Positions 16,695 through 27,807 are shown, numbered from the stretch's first letter. The stretch is 64,000 bases of DNA from an uncultured Actinomycetota bacterium (GCA_963777945.1 CAVZSN010000009.1:22286-86285), one strand, 5' to 3'. A program made the numbers and translations. The notes: generated from the sequence alone by a model not told the origin.

Positions 16695-17424
16695 TCACGA
16701 CGGGGTCAGACGGTAGCCGACGCCACGTACGGTCTGCAGCTCCACCCTCGCCTTTATGCCTTCCAGCTTGGCCCGCAGGCGGCGCACATGCACGTCCAGC
16801 GTCCGCGAGGCCGGGATATAGCGCTGGTGCCAGACGCGCTCCACGATCTCCTCTCGCGGGAAGAGGTGGCCCGGCCGGGAGAGCAGCAGCTCGAGCAGAT
16901 CGTGCTCCTTGGGGTTGAGCGCCACCTCCCCGCTGGGTGTGCGGACGACGTGGGCATCGCGGTCGAGTATCAGATCCCCGGTGCCGAGACTTCCGCCGTC
17001 GGGCGCGGCCGAGGGAACGGCAAAGCCGCTGGGCGCGCGCCGCAGGCGCGCCGCGATGCGGGCCAGCAGAACGTCGAGGTCGAACGGCTTGGTGATGTAG
17101 TCGTCGGCGCCCGGCCGAAGCCCTCCAGCATCGTCTCGCGCTCGCTGCGGGCGGTGAGCATGATGATGGGCAGAGTGGGCTTTCGCCGGACGATCTCCGG
17201 CTGGCCGCCATGCCGTCCAGTCCGGGCAGCATGAGGTCCATGAGCACCAGGTCGACGTTGCCGGCGAGGGCCGTCTCCAGCCCGGCGCGCCCGTTGTGCT
17301 CCTGCAGCACCTCGTAGCCGGCGCGCCGGAGGTTGTAGGCGAGAAGGTCGGAGATGGTCGGGTCGTCCTCCACCAGCAGGATGCATTTCTTGTCTGGTCT
17401 CAGCGCCCACCGGCCGCCTCGCAT
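16695..17424 (-). pseudogene. phoP: OmpR/PhoB-family response regulator (PhoP/RegX3-like), two frame disruptions (near 17210 and 17108)
   Basis: Receiver N-terminus KKCILLVEDDPTISDLL...DLVLMDLMLPGLDG is in ORF 16669..17424. PTLPIIMLTARSERETMLEGF is in ORF 16970..17458. GADDYITKPFDLDVLLARI plus the winged helix (LNPKEHDLLELLL...TVRGVGYRL) is in the frame of ORF 16695..16925. Confidence 0.75.
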
Positions 17425-17426
17425 AA

Positions 17427-17480
17427 TTAACCCGGGTGTAACCGAGTGTTAACACCACGCTGTCACGTCTCCGCTAGCCT
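17427..17480 (+). promoter_or_regulatory. PHO-box-like phased hexamers plus candidate -10 for pstS
   Basis: TTAACC (17427), GTAACC (17438) and TTAACA (17449), plus a weak CTGTCA (17460), sit at exact 11-bp phase. TAGCCT (17475-17480) fits TAnnnT. The element lies between the divergent regulator and pstS. Confidence 0.45.
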
Positions 17481-17520
17481 GCAAGAAGCGGACAAAGCAG
17501 CGAAAGTGAGGAAGACAGGG

Positions 17521-18645
17521 ATGACTCTGAAAGGCAAGCGCAACGGCCTGGTCGCCGTCCTGGCCATGGCGCTGATGTTGATAGTCGGCCTGGGGATCGC
17601 GGCCGCAGGCTGCGGCGGCGGCGATCTGCCCAGCGCGGGCGGCGGCACGACGACCTCGGACGGCACCGGCACCACCTCCGGCGGTGAACTCTCCGCCTCC
17701 CTCAACGGCGCCGGCGCCACCTTCCCCCAGCCGCTCTACGTCGAGTGGATCGGCGAGTTCCAGTTGGCCAACCCCGACGTGAAGATCAACTACCAGGGTA
17801 TCGGCTCGGGCGGCGGCATCGAGCAGTTCACCAAGCTGACCGTCGACTTCGGCGCCTCTGACGCCCCCATGAAGGACGAAGAGATCACCGCCGCTGAGGC
17901 GGCGAGTGGGGCCAAGGTGCTGCACATCCCCACCGTGTTCGGCGCGGTCGTGCTCGCCTACAACCTGCCCGAGGTGTCGACGAGCTCAAGCTCGACTCCG
18001 ACACTCTGGCCGGCATCTTCCTGGGCAAGATCACCAAGTGGAACGATGCCAAGATCGCCGCGCTCAACCCGGGCGTGACTCTGCCGGACAAGGCCATCCA
18101 GACCGTGCACCGCTCCGACTCCTCGGGCACCACCAACATCTTCACCGGCTACCTGACCAGCGTGAACCAGGCCTGGGCCGACGCAGTCGGCAAGGGCAAG
18201 GAAGTCAAGTGGCCGGTGGGCGTGGGTGGCAAGGGCAACGACGGTGTGGCCGCGGTGGTCCAGCAGCAGGAAGGCGTCGATCGGCTACGTCGAGCTCTCC
18301 TACGCGATCGAATCGGACTGACCATGGCCACGCTCAAGAACAGCCGGCAACTTCATCGCCCCCAGCCTGGAATCGACCTCGGCGGCGGCCGCGGGCGTCG
18401 ACTTCCCCGACGACCTGCGCTTCTCGGTAGCAACAGCGCCAACGCCGACGCCTACCCGATCGTGGGCGCCACCTGGATCCTGGCCTACGACAAGATGCCA
18501 GACGCGGCCAAGGCCGAGGCTCTCAAGGCCTTCCTGACCTGGTCGCTGACGACGGCACCGCCATCGCCGAGGAGCTGGGCTACGCCCCCCTCCCGAGGAT
18601 CTGAGAGCCCTGGCTCTCGCCAAGGTGAATGCGATCGGCAGCTGA
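17521..18645 (+). pseudogene. pstS: phosphate ABC transporter substrate-binding lipoprotein PstS, several frame disruptions
   Basis: Lipobox LGIAAAGC. GAGATFPQPLY, INYQGIGSGGGI and FGASDAPM are in ORF 17446..18078. HRSDSSGTTNIFTGYL and PIVGATWIL are in ORF 18075..18677. The reconstructed C-terminus ...LGYAPLPEDLRALALAKVNAIGS ends at TGA 18643-18645. Confidence 0.8.
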
Positions 18646-19628
18646 CATCTCCTCCTCGACCGCCGACACCCCCCTAGGCGGTGGCCGCCAGACCCCGGTC
18701 CGGGGGTCTGGCAGCGAGAAGGGAGTCGGCCGCAGGGCCGACTCCCTCTTCGCCATCCTCGCCGGCTCTCTGCGGCGTGCTCGTCCTGCTGGTGCTGGCC
18801 TACATGGTCGTCTCCACCACGGGCACGGCGCTGCCGGTCTTCCGGTCGCAGGGCATCTCGTTCGTCACCGGCAGCGACTGGGACCCCAGCAACGGGCGAA
18901 TTCGGAGCCCTCTCCTTCATCTACGGCACGATCGTCACCTCGGTCATCGCTCTGATCATCGCCGTGCCGCTGAGCCTGGGGGTCGCCCTCTTCTCTCACC
19001 GAGTACGCTCCCAAGCGGCTGCGGAGCCCCGATCGGGTACGCGGTCGACCTGCTGGCGGCGGTGCCCAGCGTGATCTACGGCCTCTGGGGCGTGTTCGTG
19101 CTGCTGCCGCTCTTCCTGCAGCCGGTGACCGACTTCCTGGCCAAGTACCTGGGCTTCATCCCCATCTTCAAGGGCCCTGCCTCGGGGCTCTCGTACTTCG
19201 GCGCCGGCGTGATCCTCGCCATCATGATCACCCCCATCATCACCTCGCTCACCCGGGAGGTGCTCGCCACGGTGCCCACCGCCGACCGGCACGCCGCCTA
19301 CGCGCTGGGGGCCACCCGGTGGGAGATGATCCGGCAGGCGGTGCTGCCGCGCAGCCGAGCGGGCATCGTGGGCGCGACCATGCTCGGTCTGGGCCGGGCT
19401 CTGGGCGAGACCATCGCCGTGGCTCTGCTCATCGGCTCGGCAGCCAAGGTCGACGCCTCGATCGTCAGACCGGGCTACTCCATGGCCGCGGTCATCGCCA
19501 ACAGTTCTGGGAGGCCACCGGCGACCACATCCGGGCCCTGGTGGGGATCGGGGTGGTGCTGTTCGTCATCACCATCATCGTCAACATGGCCGCGCGCGCG
19601 CATCGTGTGGCGGTTCAACCGGATATGA
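18629..19628 (+). pseudogene. pstC: phosphate ABC transporter permease PstC, at least seven frame disruptions
   Basis: The pieces RRADSLFAILAGS / LCGVLVLLVLAYMVV / EFGALSFIYGTIVTSVIAL / LTEYAPKRLRS / PIGYAVDLLAAVPSVIYGLWG...LGRALGETIAV / QFWEATGDHIRALVGIGVVLF / IVWRFNRI are spread over three frames. Confidence 0.75.
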
Positions 19629-20563
19629 ACACCGAGCTCGACACCACCGCCGCCTCGGGCGATCCGGCCGACCGCTGGGCCGGGAGGCAGGGTCGGCCCC
19701 GGCGTGTCGCTGCGCGACTGCCGGCCCGCCCGGCGGCGGGTGTGGCGCAACCGCCGCAACACCTTCCTGATCGTGCTCGCGGTGGTGCTGACCCTCATCC
19801 CGGTGGTGATGATCCTGCTACAGATCGCCATCAAGGGCATCTCCGACCATGAGCTGGGAGTTCCTGACCAGCTCGCATGCCCTTCAGCATCCGCCGCGAA
19901 GGGGGAGGCTTCCTGAACGGTCTCATCGGCACGGCCATCATGGTGGGCCTGGCCAGCGTCGTCTCGGTCCCGCTGGGCATCCTGGCCGCCGTCTACCTGG
20001 TGGAGTACGGCAAGGGCAACTGGCTGGCCAAGCTCATCCGCTTCTTCTCCGACGTCATGACCGGCGTGCCCTCCGTCTTCGTGGGCCTGTTCGTCTACAC
20101 GGCCCTGGTGATCCAGTTCGGGTTCGGCGCGCTGATGGGCGCGGCCTCGCTGGCCATCATCATGATGCCCATCATCGTGCGCTCCACCGAGGAGATGCTC
20201 AAGCTGGTCCCGCACGAGCTCAAGGACGCCAGCTACGCGCTGGGCGCGGCCAAGTGGCAGACGATCACCAAGGTGATCCTGCCCTCGGCCGCGCCGGGCA
20301 TCACCACCGGGGTCATGCTGGCGGTGGCCCGGGCCGCCGGCGAGACGGCGCCTCTGATCCTGACCGCGCTCGGCTCGCATCCAGCTGACGACCAAGCTGT
20401 GGGGCGAGCCCATCTCGTCGCTGACCCTGGCCATCTTCGACGGAGCGGGCAACCCGTTCGCGGCCGGGCAGGCGCGGGCCTGGGCCGGAGCGCTCGAGCT
20501 GCTGGTCATCGTCCTGGTGTTCACCATCGTGGCCGGTGGTCGCCAAGGAGCCGTATCAGATGA
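19625..20563 (+). pseudogene. pstA: phosphate ABC transporter permease PstA, multiple frame disruptions
   Basis: ATG 19625 overlaps the pstC stop (ATATGA). The core GFLNGLIGTAIMV...SYALGAAKWQTITKVILP..AAGETAPLILTA is in ORF 19877..20563. The N- and C-terminal pieces are in other frames. Confidence 0.7.
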
Positions 20564-21428
20564 TCAAGAGTCCGTCGAGAGGCGAGCGCGAGGTGATACC
20601 CTCGCTGGCGAGTGGCCGCGCGGACGAGCGAGGCCGTCGGCCGCCGAGAAGCCGGTCTTCACGCGTCCGCGACCTGAACGTGCACTACGGCAAGAACCTC
20701 GCTCTCAAGGGCGTGACCATGGACATCCAGCCGCGGCGCATCACGGCCATCATCGGTCCGTCGGGCTGCGGCAAGAGCACGCTCATCCGCTGCTTCAACC
20801 GCATGAACGAGCTCATCCCCGGGGCCAGGGTCTCGGGCGAGGTGCTCTATCACGGCGAGAACATCTACGCTCCGGGCGTCGACCCGGTGGTGGTGCGCCG
20901 GCACATCGGCATGGTGTTCCAGCGGCCCAACCCCTTCCCCAAGTCGCATCTACGACAACATCGCCTTCGGGGCCAAGATCAACGGCTACAAGGGCGACAT
21001 GGACGAGCTGGTGGAGCGGTCGCTGCGGCGGGCCGCCCTGTGGGACGAGGTCAAGAGCAAGCTCAAGAAGAGCGCGCTCGACCTCTCCGGCGGCCAGCAG
21101 CAGCGGCTCTGCATCGCGCGGGCCATCGCGGTGGAGCCGGACGTGATCCTCATGGACGAGCCCGCCTCGGCCCTCGACCCCATCGCCACCACCCGCATCG
21201 AGGACCTCATGCAGGAGCTGAAGCAGGACTACTCCATCATCATCGTGACCCACAACATGCAGCAGGCGGCGCGGGTCTCGGACGAGACCGCCTTCCTCTA
21301 CACTGAGGTGGACGAGGCGACCTCGGCCCGCTGGGGGATACTGGTGGAGTTCGGCGAGACCGGCCAGATCTTCACCAAGCCCGCGCGACAAGCGCACTGA
21401 CGACTACGTTTCGGGCCGCTTCGGATAA
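20560..21428 (+). pseudogene. pstB: phosphate ABC transporter ATP-binding protein PstB, at least two frame disruptions
   Basis: ATG 20560 overlaps the pstA stop (ATGA). Walker [10 protein letters not shown] is in ORF 20536..21306. [27 protein letters not shown] is in ORF 20999..21400. The reconstructed tail ...[10 protein letters not shown] ends at TAA 21426-21428. Confidence 0.8.
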
Positions 21429-21455
21429 GCGGCCCGAGAAGGAAGGCTGAGCACG

Positions 21456-22112
21456 ATGCGAGACGCATTTCACAGGGAGCTGGAGAGCCTCGACCAGGAG
21501 GTCGTGCGCATGGGCGCGCTGGTCGAGAAGAGCATCGCAGCTGGCGACCACGGCGCTGGTCGAGGGCGACAAGGAGCTGGCCCAGAAGGTGCGCGACGGG
21601 CGACGACGAGATCGACGCCATGTTCATGGACATCGAGAAGCGCTCCCTGGCCCTGCTGGCCCAGCAGGCGCCGGTGGCCGGCGACCTGCGGCTGATGGTG
21701 GCCATCCTGCGGGTGGTCAACGACCTGGAGCGCATCCGGCGACCTCGCCTACAACATCGCCAAGCTGGTGCAGCTGGAGGACTTCTGCGAGCCGGGGCCC
21801 AAAGGCCGTGCGCGCGCTGGTGGCCGAGCTGGGCGCAGGCGGCCAGCCAGCTCATGGCCGCGGCCATCGACGCCTGGGCGACCAAGGACGAGGCTCTGGC
21901 CGCCGACATCGAGCGGCAGGACGACCGCTCGACGAGCTGCACGCCCGGCTCATCGCAGCGCCTGCTGCGAGCTGAAGGGCGAGGACAGCGTGGCTCCGGC
22001 CATCCGCCTGGCCATGGTCGGCCGCTACTTCGAGCGCATCGGCGACCACGCGGTCAACCTGGGCGAGCGCGTGCGCTACTTCGTCACCGGCGACGAGGAG
22101 CACCTGGGGTAG
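21456..22112 (+). pseudogene. phoU: phosphate signalling regulator PhoU, several frame disruptions
   Basis: FHRELESLDQEVVRMG, DDEIDAMFMDIEKRSLALLAQQAPVAGDLR, VVNDLERIGD, and MVGRYFERIGDHAVNLGERV are distributed over three frames (ORFs 21456.., 21620.., 21768..). Confidence 0.75.
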
Positions 22113-22137
22113 GACCCTGACCCCTCGGGGCAGGGTC
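22113..22137 (+). terminator. GC-rich hairpin immediately after phoU (GACCCTG-A-CCCC-TC-GGGG-CAGGGTC)
   Basis: The stem-loop starts 1 nt after the phoU stop. There is no U-tract, so it is at best a non-canonical terminator. Confidence 0.3.
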
Positions 22138-22226
22138 GCCGGCTTACTCGGCGGCTTGCGGGTCACGCCCGGTCGCACGCCCGACCCGGTAGCGCCACCG
22201 TCTGGTCCGACGTACACTGTTGGCAG

Positions 22227-25200
22227 GTGACGCCTGGACGTGGACGTCGATTGTGGGGCCAAGTGGATCGATCGGCCGAACGTCTCCACGATCAGAATGC
22301 TGAAGCTGATGCTCTCGTCAGTAGCTCGGATGCGGCCCTCGGATATCCGCCATCACCGCCGAAGGATCCTGATCTGCTTGTCGCCGGGGGGATATCGCTT
22401 CACCTGGCGGGCCGGAGCGCGAGGCTGGAGGATCAGCCCCTCTACTTGACGCAGACCGAGTTCGAACTCCTCAGACACTTCATGCAGCGCCCGCGCTGGA
22501 TCTGGAGCCGGGAACAGCTGCTGGAAGAGATATGGGGGTACCAGTTCGCCGACCCACGTGTCGTTACTGTCCACGTGGGCAATCTGCGGCGGAAGCTTGC
22601 GCAGGCGGAGATCGAGGCGAGGCGGTCGGGCGCGCGCTCGCCGGTGGGAGGTGGGGAGGCGGAGCACGAGGCGCCCGGGGTGGCTTCGGACGGCCGCGCG
22701 GCCGCGCGACGCGCCTACATCGAGACGGTAAGAGGGATCGGGTACCGATTGGCCGATCGCCAGGTTCTCTGCGACCCGCGCCCCGAGGAGAAGCATGGTG
22801 AGGAGCGGGCGAACGCAGGGACGGGCGAGCTACAGGCGGCTTCAGACGCGGTGGCGGATCGACCTCCGTTTGTCGGGCGAGAGCGCGAGATGGCGGCGTT
22901 GAAGGGGGCTCTGTCCGGCATGGTGGCCGGGCAACTCCGGGCCGTGGGGCTTGCGGGCGACGCCGGTATTGGAAAGACGCGCCTTGCTGAGGAGTTCGCA
23001 TCGTACGCGCAGCGGTGCGGCGTCGAAGGTCTCCTGGGGCAATTGCCACGAGGGCCTGGTCAGGGTGCCCTACGAACCGTGGGTGGAGATCCTGGACTCC
23101 TGGGATCGCGATGCGACGTGGACGGTCCTGGGCAGGGCCGGGAGAAGATCGGCTGGAGACGCCGGCGTCGAGCAGAGAGGCACAGCACGGCAGACTCCTG
23201 CTGCTCGAGCGACTTGCGGACGTTGTCCGTCAACGTGCGACCGGGCATCCTCTGTGTCTTGTGATCGAAGATCTTCACTGGGCTGATGTCTCGACGCTGC
23301 TTGCTCTCCAGCACGCCGATCCGGCACGTCCGCGAGGTCCCCCTCATGCTGGCGATGACCTACAGGCCTGGAGAGGGCTCGGCGCAGCGCGCTTCCGCCT
23401 CTCTCCTCAACCAGGTCCTCGCCGATATCACACGTAGCGCCGGCGGTTTCATCGTGCCTCTCGGCCCCCTGTCCGAGACCGAGGTCCGCGAGTTCGTGGA
23501 CTCCTTCGGAGCCGGTCGAAGCAGCGGTCGGACCTGGCGCGTTTGGGCGGCGAGGCCTATCGTCAGAGCGAAGGAAATCCCTTCTTCCTGACCCAGTTCA
23601 TGCGCCTGCGCAGACTCCAGCCGGACGGGCCGGACAGGGGAGCGTCGCAACTCCGCCTGGGCTCGCCACGAAGGAGTCCGCAGCGTCGTCCTGCAGAGGG
23701 TGTCGCCGCTATCCAGCCGATTGCCGGCGGTGGCTCGACGCGGCCAGCGTCTGCGGTCGAGAGTTCGTAGGCGCTGGTAGCGGCTGAGGCAGGCGACCTC
23801 GCTCCGGAGCTGCTGCTGCAGTTGCTCACCGAGGCGGCGGCCGCCCGGTTGATCACGCTCGACGAAGACAGACCCGAGGTCTGCCGGTTCGCTCACAGCC
23901 TGATCCGCGATGTCCTCTATGGCGAGCTTTCGCCGTCGAGCGGGCAGGTCTTCACGCCCGGGTGGGGGCGGATCCTCGAACGTCAACACGCGTGGCGACG
24001 GGGGGCATCGCGCCGCCGAACTGGCCCACCACTACTGCTGCGCCCTCTCCCTCGGCTACCGCCGAGAAGGCTTTCGACTTCTGTCTGCAGGCCGGCGACG
24101 TCGCCGCTCGCCAGTACGCCTGGGAAGAGGCGTGCGGTCACTATCAGCGCGCCCTCGATGTCGAGCCGCTCCTCCCAGTGCCGGCGGAGGGGCAGAGGGG
24201 TGCCGTGGCCGGCAAGGTGTACGAAGAGATGGGTGACGCGTTCGCGCTGGCGGGAGCGTTCGACAGAAGCGTCGACGCGTACGAGAGCGCCGCCGCTCGT
24301 CTGCCGAAGGAAGATCGGATCGCCGCGGCCCGCGTCAAGCAGAAACAGATGCTCCCGCTCTACAGACGCGGACAGTACGATCTGGCGCTCGTCGCAGTGA
24401 CGCAGGCCGAGATCGCTCTGGGCTCGAACGCTGCCGAAGGCGCAGGCAGCGGTTGGTGGCAAGAATGGATCGAGGTGGAGCTGGATCGTTCGCTTCCTCC
24501 ACTGTCAGGCGGGTGAGATCGAGGAAGCGGACGCCCTGACTCGAGAGCGTGCGCGCGGTCAGTTGAGGCCCACGGCACGGACGCGCAGCGGGCCAAACTG
24601 ATGGTCACCACATGGCTGGTCGACCTGACGCAGCCGCCGCTACGTGGCCACGCGGAAACGCGGCGGATGGCCGAGGATGGCGCGCGGACGGCGATAGCCC
24701 GAGGTTCCCTCCTCGACCTGGAGGACGCGGAGATGATGTTGGGCACGACCCTCTTCTTCTTTCCGCAGGGAACGGAGGAAAGCGAGAGGGCAGGTACGCA
24801 ACTGTATCGATATCGGGAACTCGCGACGCAGACTAACGATCACGTCTTCCAGATAGACGCGGCCGGGATGCTCTCCACCTGGCATCGCCTGCGCGGTGAC
24901 GTGGAACAGGCCCGCCGGTACGCCACGGAGGTACTATCGGTGGGAGCCGGCAGTCAGGTGGTCAAGTACCGGGCAGAGGCGCACGGCAACCTGGCCTGGG
25001 CTGCGTGGAGGGCGGGTGACAAGGTCGGCGCCGAGAACCGAGGCCGCTTCCGCACTCGACGATTTCCAGGCGCGTTCTCCCCGCAGCCCCTTTGAATGGA
25101 CCGCGCGCTGGCCTGCACTGGCGTTGAGCGCAGCGAACGGAGACCTCCGGGACGCCGCGCGGCAGGCAGCGGCCATGCTCGACCCCCTGCAGCAGAAGAT

Positions 25201-25321
25201 GCCTGACGACCTGGAAGAACTTGCTCGGAGCTTTGTCGACCAGCAGGCGCTGGACCTTCCGGAGGCACGCACCAGCCTGGGCAGCCTACTGGCTCTTGCT
25301 CGCTCGTACGGCTACCTGTGA
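22227..25321 (+). pseudogene. large transcriptional regulator: OmpR-type winged helix + AAA/NTPase + TPR-like C-terminus; many frame disruptions
   Basis: wHTH (LTQTEFELLRHFMQRP...ETVRGIGYRLA), Walker A GLAGDAGIGKTRLAEEF, Walker B LCLVIEDLHWAD, GNPFFLTQF, and helical-repeat C-terminal pieces lie in at least 8 ORF fragments across all three + frames. The start is uncertain. Confidence 0.6.
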
Positions 25322-26985
25322 TCACTCAGCCGCCAACCAGCAGGACCGCAGATTGAACGCGCCCTGCGGGCTGTAGATAAGGTGCCGAACCCGGTCGGAC
25401 ACCACCAGGCGATGGCGGTAGCCGACGATGGGGATCACGGGCGCCGACTCTCCGATCTCTCGGACGATCGCCCGATACGCGTCGACGCGCTCGCCGTCAT
25501 CGCCGATCTGCCGTGCCGCCCTGATCAAGGCGTCGACGGCCGGGTTGGCGTACCCTGCCAAGTTATCGGGGCTCGTCGCTCATGAACAGCGGGTAAACGA
25601 AGCAGTCGATGACCGGTGAGTCGGCGATCCAGCCTAGATTCCCTATCTGGAACGAGCGGTTCTGAAGCTTGTCGAAGTACGTACCCCACTCCATGCCGTC
25701 CAGCTTCGACTCTACTCCGATCGCGCTCAGGTCGGCCTGCACCAGCTCGAGGACGTGGTCATGCCCCTTCCCGGTATTGTAGGAGAGGCTCGAGGGTGGG
25801 AAGACCATCCCCACCGGGGAAGCCGGCCTTTTCCAGCAGCGCCCTCGCCTCGTTCGGATCGTAGCGGCTGTAGGGCCAGGCGTTCGCCTCGTAGCCGATC
25901 ATGCCTTCGGGGACGATGCTGGTGGCCGGTCGGCGCGCCCCGTCGAACACCGTCTCGGCGATGGCATCACGGTTTATCGCCAGCGAGAGTGCGCGGCGGA
26001 GGTCGGCGTTCTTCAGAAGGTTCGTCCCGGCCGTTCACGACCAGGTAGTAGACGGCGAGTTCAGGGCCGAGAAGCACCTGGTGCCCAGGTGACGCCTCGA
26101 GACCGTTCGCCGACTCCCCGTACTCCTCGACCGCCGCTGGACCTGCCCGGTGGGAATGAGTGCCGTATCGACTGCTCCGGCTTTGAACTCGAGGAAGGCC
26201 GTCTCCTGATCTTTGAAGATCCGAAAGTCGACGCCATCGAGCAATGCGGAGTAACTCCCGAGTAGTCTTCGAAACGGACCACTCTTGACGTACTGATCGT
26301 GACTCCAGGGCTCGGCCATCTTGAAGGGTCCGTTGCCCACCGGCATCTCGGAGAATGCTCGGGGGTCTTTCTCGACCTCCTCGCGTGGGACCGGGGCGAG
26401 TACGGGTAGGGCTAGTCCATACGGGAAATCAGCAAAGGGATACGCGAGGGTGATCCTGAGCGTGTACGCGTCGACCGCTTCGACACCGGTCAGCTCACTG
26501 GCCTGCCCCGACTGCATCTCCTTGAACCCTGCGACGGCCGCGAGGTAGAAGGCCACCGGCGACTCGTTCTGGGGGTCGCAGAGCCGCTCCCACTGGTACT
26601 TGAAATCCTTGGCGACCACTTCGCGACCATTGTGGAACTTCGACCCCTTCCTCAGGTGAAAGGTCCAGACGGTGCAGTCTTCGCTCGACTCCCAGCTCTC
26701 GGCCGCAAGGGGTTGGATCTCCGAGGTGAGCGGATCGGACGTGACCAGAGGATCGAAGAGTGCCCGGCCCACCTCGATCCCCCACAATTCCTGGATGCGC
26801 AACGGGTCGATGGCTTTGGGCTCCGACGTCGCGATGCGAAGGATGCCCCCCGAGCGTGACTGCTCGGTCGTTGCAGGCGCGGTTGCGGCTGCGCTCTGGG
26901 CAGGACCATCGCAGCCGCCGCCGGCGAGGGCGGAGATGCAGAGCACCCCCAGGCCAAGCAACGCGGCGAGCCGGAGAACTGGCAC
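25322..26985 (-). pseudogene. ABC transporter substrate-binding lipoprotein, peptide/nickel family 5; C-terminal half frame-disrupted
   Basis: GTG 26985 with an AGGAGG upstream. Lipobox LAGGGC. 316 intact N-terminal codons (ORF 26035..26985). The remainder is split over ORFs 25759..25950, 25563..25814 and 25322..25561. Confidence 0.7.
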
Positions 26986-27145
26986 CTTGATCCCCCTGCC
27001 TCCTGTGCCACTTCCGCGAATACACCCAATCTGCGTCCTGTTTCCCTCTGCGTCAAGGGCCGTCTTTATTTAATCTTGCCTTCTTCTTGTTATTGCGCCG
27101 CCAGAATGAAGACAAGGCGGTCCGGAGCAGGAGGGTGTCTGCACC

Positions 27146-27298
27146 ATGAGGTCCAAGAAGCCGGTGTCAGTCTTCCTGGCTGCCGCCGCGTCCATGCTTC
27201 GCGTGGCGCTTACCCTAGTCGCGCTCTTGGTCGGAGAGACCAGCGCATTCAACAACCGTGTCAGCGCTAGAAGAGGTGCCATCACGAGTAGGAGGTAG
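27146..27298 (+). CDS. possible 50-aa small membrane/signal-like peptide
   Basis: ATG 27146, MRSKKPVSVFLAAAASMLRVALTLVALLVGE..., stop TAG 27296-27298. The 3' end contains the AGGAGG of the next gene. Below the ORF-track length cutoff. Weak RBS spacing. Confidence 0.2.
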   Translation: MRSKKPVSVFLAAAASMLRVALTLVALLVGETSAFNNRVSARRGAITSRR

Positions 27299-27303
27299 GG
27301 TCG

Positions 27304-27807
27304 ATGAAAGTCAAGAAGCCACTTCTCGTAGTCGTGTTCCTTGCGTTGGTCCTGGCAATCGCGATCGCACCCGAGGCGCTCGCGAAATCGGCCCCGGTCG
27401 CCGGCTCGGGCTCGTGGGTATGGTCCGAGGGCGAGGTGCTCAGGTTGAATGAGCTGCCCAACGGAAAGGTCTTCGGCAAGGTCGTCGAGATCGGACTGTG
27501 GTCGGGCACCTTCTCAGCAGCCGACGTGTACGAGCCCTACACCTTGATGGTCAACAAGTCAGGAGACGTCTGGTTTCACCTCTATATCCACTTCAAGGAT
27601 GCCACCGTGGACATGGGGAGTGGTGTACTCCTTCACGGAGACATGATGATGCTGGTCAAGTTCCTGGCCGCCTCCGCGGGGGACGGAGCTACTTGGCACA
27701 TCATGAACGGGACGGGTGACCTCAAGCACCTTGGCGGAAGGGGTACCCTTGTCTGGAATGAGTCGGGGTACATGGACTACACGGGCGCGATCTGGACTAA
27801 CAAATAG
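27304..27807 (+). CDS. secreted hypothetical protein
   Basis: 167 aa. Signal peptide MKVKKPLLVVVFLALVLAIAIAPEALA. Strong AGGAGG RBS. Lower GC than the surrounding sequence. No family confidently recognised. Confidence 0.55.
   Translation: MKVKKPLLVVVFLALVLAIAIAPEALAKSAPVAGSGSWVWSEGEVLRLNELPNGKVFGKVVEIGLWSGTFSAADVYEPYTLMVNKSGDVWFHLYIHFKDATVDMGSGVLLHGDMMMLVKFLAASAGDGATWHIMNGTGDLKHLGGRGTLVWNESGYMDYTGAIWTNK

Noticed and set aside
16695-22112. Interpreting the broken phoP-pstSCAB-phoU genes as genuine loss of the Pho regulon.
   Set aside because: I do not favour this. The disruptions are pure frame shifts with otherwise well-conserved protein segments. They extend beyond the regulon into unrelated genes, and the dense block begins and ends in the middle of genes. 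I still report it as a finding because only read data can decide.
22440-22470. tRNA-like strings (GAGTTCGAACTCC here; GGGGATTCGAACAAGGGCC near 50900).
   Set aside because: Both lie inside well-supported coding frames (the wHTH TEFELL and the radical SAM YRGFEQGP). Neither has a surrounding cloverleaf or acceptor-stem complementarity.
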